Of a DNA stretch of 64,000 bases, positions 17,194-24,540 are shown piece after piece (the first letter of the stretch is position 1; each line of letters opens with the position of its first letter). A program made the translations under genes and the position numbers. Under the pieces are notes generated by a model, which saw only the letters and a program-made list of their open reading frames with translations, did no database searches and was not told the DNA's origin. This DNA comes from Oligoflexia bacterium (GTDB taxonomy: Bacteria; Bdellovibrionota; UBA1018). The stretch spans positions 7,124 to 71,123 of the forward strand of contig CAITVN010000076.1 in the NCBI GenBank assembly GCA_903895855.1, given 5' to 3'.

Positions 17194-17883
17194 TCAAGGC
17201 ACTTCGCAGGTTAGCCCCGTTCCGTCGCCACTACACTTTTGATAAGTATTAAACCAAACGGTGAAAAACTTGTCGCCTTGCGAGTTCGAAGGTGCACCAT
17301 AGTCTAAGTTGGGCTTGTCAGTGTTTCCTCCCCCAAATGAACCTGTTAGAGTGAGCGAATAAGACGGAATTAAATTGCGAGTCGCCATCATTTTGTTGAG
17401 GTCAGCGTTTCCCGTGAGGGTAGCCGTTGTACCGATCGCTAGGGTCGGTGGGTTAAGGGTCAGAGGGTAAGTGACTGGAATCGGGTCTAGACGTATTTGC
17501 ACTCCATCTTTTTTGATTTTGAGTTTCCAAGGTTTTGAGTCTGAGTAAAGGGCTCCGACTTCACCGTTTGTTAGAGGCTTCGTGAAGGTCAAATTATCGG
17601 TGGTATAGGTGCAGTGAATCGTAGTGACTTGCGGTTTGAGGTCGAGTCCATAGCCGACGCGAACCCCAGCGGGAGCGAGTTTGCCGATAACGGTGAGCAC
17701 ATTAGGATCAGCACCCAGTCTCTTGGGTTGCACGGGTCCGACCCAACCCGGCTGGGGGGTGATGCCATTGGTGAAGTAGATGTTTGGGGGGCAGGCCACT
17801 TTTACGGTGGCTGACCAAGCAGTGGCTGAAGTGAGAAGTGCGAATAAACTAATGGTCAATCGGGTAGTAGTTTTGTGAGTCAT
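17194..17883 (-). CDS. hypothetical secreted protein
   Basis: 229 aa with signal peptide MTHKTTTRLTISLFALLTSATAWSA. The composition is beta-rich and no motif was recognised. Confidence 0.6.
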   Translation of the reverse strand: MTHKTTTRLTISLFALLTSATAWSATVKVACPPNIYFTNGITPQPGWVGPVQPKRLGADPNVLTVIGKLAPAGVRVGYGLDLKPQVTTIHCTYTTDNLTFTKPLTNGEVGALYSDSKPWKLKIKKDGVQIRLDPIPVTYPLTLNPPTLAIGTTATLTGNADLNKMMATRNLIPSYSLTLTGSFGGGNTDKPNLDYGAPSNSQGDKFFTVWFNTYQKCSGDGTGLTCEVP

Positions 17884-18057
17884 CGAGTTTCCTTTTTAAT
17901 AATTGTTGATGAATGACATGAATTTGACAAGCTAAGAATTTTGACTTTTTTAACGAAAAAAGCAGTGTACAAAATAGTTATGCCAATTTAGAATTTTTAC
18001 AAATGAGACATTTTTCAAGGCATTCTATGGGTTTTTTTTGACTCACCCGAAGAGGAA

Positions 18058-18816
18058 GTGAGTCTTTTGAGAGAGTACTTTCTGGCCGCTAAGAACAGTG
18101 GTAATCAGTGTGCCCTTTTTTTGGATGGTCAAGATCGAGAGCAGTACTTGAGCCGTCTTGAGTGTTCAGACTTAAATCTCGGGCGGGGATTGTCTGAAGG
18201 CTGGTTTATTTGTAGCGAGGCTCGTGAGCTGTATCGCTCAGGTGGGAGTTTTGTGGTTTCTGAAGTGCATCAGCGGGTTGAGACCGCCGCAACGCTTGCG
18301 GTTGCCTCGGGGTATTCGGGGGTGAGTGCAGCGGTGCAAATGAGTTGGTCTCGCGACTCAAAAATTGATCCGGTCATTTTGGCAGAGCATGAATACGGAT
18401 TGAATTCTCTTTTTGAACGCGTGACCAAGCTTCAGGGGCTTTGTTTGTACTCTCGTGCAGTTTTTGACGTGCAAGAGATGGCCCTTCAGTGTGTTTGTCA
18501 TCCGACAGTGGTTACTCCAGAGCAAATTTTGGTAAATCCCCTTTCTGGGTTCGATCATTCAAGTAAGCGAGCTGATGAAATCAAAAATTATTGGGATCAC
18601 ATTGCGAACGTGGGCGGGGCTTTGGCGCACCTTTCTGGTGCAAAAGCGAGTTTTGCCAAAACGATTCTAGAGAAGGCTCTCAGCTCTATTTATATCAGGT
18701 ATGTAGAAGTGAGCGATAGAGAATCTAAGAATGATTTGCTCCGTCAAGTTGAGTTACTCACCTCAAAAATTGAGCAACTGGGCTTCAGAGAACAGATCGG
18801 TAGTGCGCAGTTTTAG
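18058..18816 (+). CDS. hypothetical protein, possible MEDS-type sensory domain
   Basis: 252 aa with a GTG start. The pattern GYSGVSAAVQMSW...EHEYGLNSLF...GLCLYSRAVF...HPTVV resembles MEDS domains, but the resemblance is weak. Confidence 0.5.
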   Translation: MSLLREYFLAAKNSGNQCALFLDGQDREQYLSRLECSDLNLGRGLSEGWFICSEARELYRSGGSFVVSEVHQRVETAATLAVASGYSGVSAAVQMSWSRDSKIDPVILAEHEYGLNSLFERVTKLQGLCLYSRAVFDVQEMALQCVCHPTVVTPEQILVNPLSGFDHSSKRADEIKNYWDHIANVGGALAHLSGAKASFAKTILEKALSSIYIRYVEVSDRESKNDLLRQVELLTSKIEQLGFREQIGSAQF

Positions 18817-18908
18817 TTGCTCTCGAACGACCTGTTCACACGCGCACGAAGCGGTTTTAGCCGAAACGATTGGCGCGTTGAGGTCGCTCAACTCCGGGGC
18901 TTGCGCCC

Positions 18909-18926
18909 AACTCCGGCGCCGGAGTT
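18909..18926. repeat. REP-like 18-nt palindrome, copy D
   Basis: Perfect 18-mer between the MEDS-like gene and the SNF2 gene. A half-site CAACTCCGGGG lies about 20 nt upstream. Confidence 0.6.
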
Positions 18927-18968
18927 CGCCTCGAGGTTCTTCTCTCGAAGTTCCTCATTGACCCACTG

Positions 18969-21752
18969 TTGCAGAAATGTAATTACCCAGACAAAATGAA
19001 AAGCGACTGGCAAAATCAGACTACCGTTGCGCTCTCACCTGAGGGTTCACTGTATTTACTTCCCGAATCAACAACCGAGTTGCCATCGGCCATTGTTGAT
19101 GCTTTTCAACAGTCGCCTGCGCAGGGGGTACTGCACTTAGGGCTTTCTGAGCTTGAGGCGACACTACCCGTTGATCTTGGTTTTTGGCGCGACCTTGGTC
19201 GCCTGTATTTTTCAAAAATTTGTGCCATACCGGGTCTTTCCGAAGTCAAAAATCTTGAATCAATCGGCATGCCATTAATCAGCTACGATGAGACCGCTCA
19301 ATTCATTGCTTCAGCTCCGCCTCTCATTGGGGGCGAATACCTGTCGTCTGACGGAGTCAAAAAATTATGGGCTAAATTGCACGCGGCTTTTGGCGAAATT
19401 CTCGAAGCCAGTCGCGAATCAGTCGGTTCATTTTTTGCGGCACGAAATGTACCGTGGAATTTAGTCGGGCGGGTGTGTTTTCATTTGGTCGAAAATAAAA
19501 TTGACGAAAATGCACCTTTCGCGTTCATGGCGACCTACACTCATCAACTTTCAAATCAAGGCAAAGCCCAGCATTTGCCTTTGGGGCGAGCACTTCAAGA
19601 ATACGCTGGAGAACGAAACAAAACGCAGCTTCTGCAATTGCTTTTACCGGTACAAAAAGGCTCGCAAAAGAGCGATTTTTTAAAGGCCCTGGTCGAGAAT
19701 GGTGAAATTTATCATCCGCTAGCGTGGACCCCAGCCGACGCTTATCAGTTTCTAAAAGACATTCCGGTCTTTGAGAGTTCGGGCATTGTGGTGAGAGTGC
19801 CGAATTGGTGGAATTCGAAAAACCCCAGGCGCGCCAAAGTGTCGCTAACCGTTGGCGGTCGAAGCGCTTCGGTTTTAGGGGTGTCTTCACTGCTGAATTT
19901 TTCGGTGGGTGTCACGCTCGGTGGCGAGCAGTTGACCGAAGCCGAATACGAAACCATTTTGAAGGCGACCTCTGGTTTGGCTTTGATTCGAGGTCAATGG
20001 GTAGAAATTGATCGAGACAAGTTATCGCAGGTTCTTGCGCACTGGAAACGAATTGAGCGATCGGTAAAAAATGAAGATGGAATGTCATTTATCGATGGCA
20101 TGCGCTTGCTGGCCGGGGCTTCGTTCGGGTCAGCTCGGGGCGACGCCGAGGGTGACGACAACCACGAATGGGTTCAGGTTCAAGCCAGTGAAAAACTGTC
20201 GGAGCTGCTTGAACAGCTGCGAGACCCTGATGGAAATGATAAAGATTCGGCTCAGTTTGATCACTTACCGATTAAGGCCACGCTGAGGCCGTATCAAAAA
20301 ACTGGGGTGCGCTGGCTTTGGTTGTTGAATCGATTACAGTTGGGTGGGTGCTTGGCAGATGACATGGGTTTGGGTAAGACGATTCAAGTCATTGCATTGC
20401 TTTTGTTGATTAAGCAGGCGAAAAAAGAAAGACAGCCTCCGAGCCTATTGGTGGTTCCTGCTTCTTTGATTGCGAATTGGAAATCAGAGCTAGAGCGATT
20501 TGCGCCAACGCTGACGTTCTCGATTGCGCATCCTTCTGCGGGCGTTTCATCGGGCCTTTCATCGGGGGCTTTCGCCGCGAGTGCTGACAAAACCCGTTCG
20601 CTGCTGGGCGACTTTGAAGCGGCTGATTTGGTGATCACGACTTATGGGTATCTGATTCGTTTGCCTCAGTTGATTGAAACTCAGTGGAACTGTGTCGTCA
20701 TTGATGAAGCGCAGGCCATCAAGAATTCTGGTTCTAGACAAACTCGAGCCGTGAAGTCACTTAAAGGTAGCCAAAAAATTGCGCTCACCGGTACCCCGGT
20801 TGAAAATCGGTTGTCAGATCTTTGGTCGCTCTTTGATTTTTTAACGCCGGGATTGCTGGGTAACGGCAGCCAGTTTGGTCAATTTGTGAAACGCGCCGAA
20901 AAAGACGTGACCCACACCGGCTATGGTGCCCTGAAAAATTTAGTGAAGCCCTACCTTTTACGGCGTTTAAAGACCGACAAGACTATCATCAGTGATTTGC
21001 CTGATAAAACTGAGGTGTCAGCGTACTGTCAATTATCAAAAGTGCAGACTGCGCTTTATCAACAGTCGGTCACCGAGTTGGCAGAGAAGATTGTAAAAGT
21101 TCAGGGCATTCAGCGACGGGGTCTAGTGCTCTCGTTTTTGATGCGCTTCAAACAGATTTGCAATCACCCTTCTCAGTGGTTAGCCGATGGGCGCTACGAT
21201 GCCGCTGACAGTGGTAAGTTTAGCCGTCTGGGTGAACTCGCTGAAGAAATTGCCGCCAAACAAGAAAAGGTTTTAGTCTTCACTCAATTTCGCGAAATGA
21301 CCGATTCGCTAGCAAAGTTTCTAGAAACGATTTTCGGTCGGCCGGGTTTGATTCTTCACGGCAACACCCCAGTAAAAAAGCGAAAAGAATTGGTTGATGC
21401 GTTTCAAGACGAGCGTGGGCCCCCGTTTTTTGTGCTCTCGCTTAAAGCAGGGGGTACTGGATTGAATCTCACTGCCGCCAGCCATGTGATTCATTTTGAT
21501 CGGTGGTGGAATCCGGCAGTTGAGAATCAGGCTACCGATCGAGCGTTTCGAATTGGGCAAAAGAAGAACGTACTCGTGCACAAGTTCGTCTGCCAAGGCA
21601 CCATCGAAGAAAAAATTGACGAAATGCTTTTGTCAAAACAGGCGTTGTCAAAAGAAGTTTTAGACGGTAGTGGTGAGGCGATTCTGACTGAACTGTCTAA
21701 TGCCGAGTTGATTCAGCTGGTGTCGCTTGATCTAAAGAGTGTTCTTGAATAA
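18969..21752 (+). CDS. SNF2-family helicase/ATPase
   Basis: Motif I LADDMGLGKT, motif II VIDEAQAIKN, motif III ALTGTPVENRL, and motifs V-VI GGTGLNLTAASHVIHFDRWWNPAVENQATDRAFRIGQ. Confidence 0.9.
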   Translation: MQKCNYPDKMKSDWQNQTTVALSPEGSLYLLPESTTELPSAIVDAFQQSPAQGVLHLGLSELEATLPVDLGFWRDLGRLYFSKICAIPGLSEVKNLESIGMPLISYDETAQFIASAPPLIGGEYLSSDGVKKLWAKLHAAFGEILEASRESVGSFFAARNVPWNLVGRVCFHLVENKIDENAPFAFMATYTHQLSNQGKAQHLPLGRALQEYAGERNKTQLLQLLLPVQKGSQKSDFLKALVENGEIYHPLAWTPADAYQFLKDIPVFESSGIVVRVPNWWNSKNPRRAKVSLTVGGRSASVLGVSSLLNFSVGVTLGGEQLTEAEYETILKATSGLALIRGQWVEIDRDKLSQVLAHWKRIERSVKNEDGMSFIDGMRLLAGASFGSARGDAEGDDNHEWVQVQASEKLSELLEQLRDPDGNDKDSAQFDHLPIKATLRPYQKTGVRWLWLLNRLQLGGCLADDMGLGKTIQVIALLLLIKQAKKERQPPSLLVVPASLIANWKSELERFAPTLTFSIAHPSAGVSSGLSSGAFAASADKTRSLLGDFEAADLVITTYGYLIRLPQLIETQWNCVVIDEAQAIKNSGSRQTRAVKSLKGSQKIALTGTPVENRLSDLWSLFDFLTPGLLGNGSQFGQFVKRAEKDVTHTGYGALKNLVKPYLLRRLKTDKTIISDLPDKTEVSAYCQLSKVQTALYQQSVTELAEKIVKVQGIQRRGLVLSFLMRFKQICNHPSQWLADGRYDAADSGKFSRLGELAEEIAAKQEKVLVFTQFREMTDSLAKFLETIFGRPGLILHGNTPVKKRKELVDAFQDERGPPFFVLSLKAGGTGLNLTAASHVIHFDRWWNPAVENQATDRAFRIGQKKNVLVHKFVCQGTIEEKIDEMLLSKQALSKEVLDGSGEAILTELSNAELIQLVSLDLKSVLE

Positions 21753-21773
21753 AAAGTGTAGAGAAAGGGTTAA

Positions 21774-22682
21774 TTGATGGGATATCGAAGCACTTGGGGC
21801 CGTTATGTGAGTGTCGCTGAACGAAAGCAAAACGCTGGACGCACCGTCGAGAAGATGAAAAAAAAGGGCCAAGCCGCGAACCCAGTGGTGATCAACGGGC
21901 GCGAGATTGCTCGCTCATTTTGGGGTAAAGCTTGGTGTCAAAATCTCGAAGCTTATAGCGATTTTGCAAATCGCTTACCTCGGGGGCGCACTTATGTTCG
22001 CAATGGTTCGGTGATCGACCTTCAGGTATCGCCTGGGCAAGTGAAAGCTCTTGTCATGGGCTCGTCTTTGTACACTGTCAAAATTGAGATACAGGCCCTT
22101 GCTACCGCCCGCTGGAAAACGGTACTTGATCACTGTTCAGGGCAGATCGATTCGCTCGTTGAGCTTCTGCAAGGTAAGTTTTCAAAAGGGGTGATGGAAG
22201 TCATTACCAGCCCCGAGCGGGGTTTGTTTCCGGTGCCGAGCCACATTTCGATGAACTGTTCGTGCCCCGATTGGGCGACGATGTGCAAGCATGTGGCGGC
22301 CGTTTTGTATGGCGTAGGGGCTCGGCTCGATGAACAACCTGAATTGTTTTTTCAATTACGCAAGGTTGACCACCTTGAGCTTCTCACCGCTGCTAGCGCC
22401 GCCAGTCTGAACGTGAGTGGTAATCAATCGAAGAAGATCATTCAATCGGGCGACCTTTCTGGGCTCTTTGGTATTGATCTGGGAGATGCTGCTGAGGGTG
22501 GCGCAGAGCTCGGCGCGAAGGTTAAAGGTAAGTCAGAGACCGTTGCAAAAACCGGGGTGAGGGGGGCAAAGTCGCGCGCCAAAAAGGCGGCGACGAAAGT
22601 GGCGACGCGGGTGAAAAAAGTGGCGAAGTCAACGTTGAGAGTGACGAAGAAAAAGCCAGTCAAGCGACCAAAAAAAGGTTGA
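21774..22682 (+). CDS. SWIM zinc-finger protein with Lys-rich C-terminal tail
   Basis: SWIM signature CSCPDWATMCKHVAAVLYGV. The tail is KAKKAATKVATRVKKVAKSTLRVTKKKPVKRPKKG. The gene starts 22 nt after the SNF2 stop. Confidence 0.85.
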   Translation: MMGYRSTWGRYVSVAERKQNAGRTVEKMKKKGQAANPVVINGREIARSFWGKAWCQNLEAYSDFANRLPRGRTYVRNGSVIDLQVSPGQVKALVMGSSLYTVKIEIQALATARWKTVLDHCSGQIDSLVELLQGKFSKGVMEVITSPERGLFPVPSHISMNCSCPDWATMCKHVAAVLYGVGARLDEQPELFFQLRKVDHLELLTAASAASLNVSGNQSKKIIQSGDLSGLFGIDLGDAAEGGAELGAKVKGKSETVAKTGVRGAKSRAKKAATKVATRVKKVAKSTLRVTKKKPVKRPKKG

Positions 22683-22729
22683 GCGCATTTGGATAGTGTC
22701 AGCAAGAAGGTAAATACGGTGTGAGCAGC

Positions 22730-22747
22730 AACTCCGGCGCCGGAGTT
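22730..22747. repeat. REP-like 18-nt palindrome, copy E, inside a larger imperfect palindrome
   Basis: GTGAGCAGCAACTCCGGCGCCGGAGTTGCTCAACTGACTGCTCAC (22721-22765), lying between the convergent SWIM and substrate-binding-protein genes. Confidence 0.6.
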
Positions 22748-22761
22748 GCTCAACTGACTGC

Positions 22762-24540
22762 TCACCTGCCGTTTATTTTGATCCACTTAAAGGATTGAGA
22801 AACAAATCCCGTGGGCTCGAAAAACTTAGCCCAGGGGTGAATAAGCCACACTTGGCTACTGTGATACAGCGGAATGACTAGCTCATTATCGATGATGAAT
22901 TGTTCGAGCGGTTCTTTTTTCTGATCGGCAAAATATTGGGTGAAAAGAGTTTTCCACTGCGAGCGCAGATCAAAAGTTTTGATACCCGCTCTCGTGAGGG
23001 CTTCTGTTTCTAGAAGCTCACTAATGATTGAGTATTCAGCAATAGGGTCTGGATAGTCGGTTTGCCATTGGTAAAAGGCTAGCTGAAAATCACCTGCTTT
23101 TAGCCGTTTCTGATACTCTTCGAGGGTTTGAAATCGCGCTTGAATTTTTAGGCCGATCAGGCCCAATCTTTTTTTGAAGTATTCAAAAACTTGATGGCTA
23201 GTTTCGTCTGAATTTGGAAAGTCAATGGTCAGAGTCGGAACCCCGTCGCCTTCGGGGTATCCTGAAGAAGTCAGAAAGTTTTTTGCTTTGGCCTCTGATG
23301 ATTCAACTGACCACTGATGCTTTAGTTTTAAGTCTTTTACATTCTCTCTTGAAAGAGCAGCGAAGCTAACCATTGCAATGCTGTGTGGATTCGCGGCGAG
23401 TTGAATCAGTTCAGCTTTATTGATGATTTCACCGATCGCTTTTCTTAAAGAGGGATTCGAGGCACCGACAATTCGATCACTGAAGTTGGGAGCCAAGAAA
23501 AAATTTTCGGTGGGGTACGAAACGGCTACCTTGATGAATTTTTCACGAAGCTCAGGCTTGAGTTCGGTATTGCTGGTGATGTTTTGCTTTGCCTCAAGCG
23601 AACTGAGCGGGTAGGCATCGGTATCTTCTTCGATAAAATCGCTCAGGGCAGGTTTTGAGCTAGCGTAAATCTGAAAGGTGAGTTCTTCATTCATCGGAAG
23701 CAGAACGCTAGCCGATTCTCTTTCGTGGGCGAGCGTTGGAAAAAAACTCGGCGGATATTTTGGGCGTTGGACCAATACAATTTTTTTGCCGATGTTGTGG
23801 TCTTTCAGTATATAGGGGCCCGACTCGCAAGGTAATGATTTTAAGAAGGGGGGTTTACCGTCGAAATAGGCATCAAAACATTCTCTCGGAATGGGGGCCG
23901 TTTTCAGGTGGGTGAGGATTTGAGAAAACCCCTTGAATGGTTTTTTCAAAGTGAAGACGACCGTTGTCGGGTCTTTTGCCATCACGCTTGCTAAGGGTTT
24001 GTCGATGAGTTGCCTTTGTGTTTTCAAAGGTGCTTTTTTTAGTTCATCGCGAAGTGTTTCGAATCCTTCAATGAGAAAACTGAGTTCTTTTGGTGGAGAA
24101 AATTGCGGCAACGCTAAGCGCTTTATCGAGTAGACAATGTCTAAGGCGTCGATCATTCTTTCGCCATTCGGGGTTCGAAAGCGGTAATCTGGCCTAATCT
24201 TGATGGTGAGTTTTGATGTCTTTGCATCAAAGCTCGGAAGGGCCGCTGCAATGAGGGGCTGGTGGGTGAACTTGCCACCCAGGTAACGAGTTTCGTAAAG
24301 CGTGTCGTATAATTGAGTCAATACGATCGCGGTTGTCGCGTCATCGGCAGCGGCCGGGTCAAGTGAAAGAATTTCGCTAAACAGCGGCAGTCGAAGGGCA
24401 TCGGGGTCGACCAATAGCCGATTCTTGCAGCCAGTTAAAATCACCGAAGCCGCCACAGTAATTGCTACAGCAGTGGCCACAGCGGTGACCCGTGATATCG
24501 CCGCCGTTGATGAACGAAAGCCGAACGCGATTTTTTTCAT
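22762..24540 (-). CDS. ABC transporter substrate-binding lipoprotein (family 5, peptide/nickel type), orphan
   Basis: 592 aa with lipobox ILTGC. Size and overall pattern resemble SBP family 5. There is no adjacent permease. The start overlaps the alaS stop by 4 nt. Confidence 0.55.
   Translation of the reverse strand: MKKIAFGFRSSTAAISRVTAVATAVAITVAASVILTGCKNRLLVDPDALRLPLFSEILSLDPAAADDATTAIVLTQLYDTLYETRYLGGKFTHQPLIAAALPSFDAKTSKLTIKIRPDYRFRTPNGERMIDALDIVYSIKRLALPQFSPPKELSFLIEGFETLRDELKKAPLKTQRQLIDKPLASVMAKDPTTVVFTLKKPFKGFSQILTHLKTAPIPRECFDAYFDGKPPFLKSLPCESGPYILKDHNIGKKIVLVQRPKYPPSFFPTLAHERESASVLLPMNEELTFQIYASSKPALSDFIEEDTDAYPLSSLEAKQNITSNTELKPELREKFIKVAVSYPTENFFLAPNFSDRIVGASNPSLRKAIGEIINKAELIQLAANPHSIAMVSFAALSRENVKDLKLKHQWSVESSEAKAKNFLTSSGYPEGDGVPTLTIDFPNSDETSHQVFEYFKKRLGLIGLKIQARFQTLEEYQKRLKAGDFQLAFYQWQTDYPDPIAEYSIISELLETEALTRAGIKTFDLRSQWKTLFTQYFADQKKEPLEQFIIDNELVIPLYHSSQVWLIHPWAKFFEPTGFVSQSFKWIKINGR

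Noticed and set aside
22442-22786. ORF 22442-22786 (-), 114 aa
   Set aside because: It is antisense to the Lys-rich tail of the SWIM gene and runs through the REP palindrome, so it is a composition-driven open frame.
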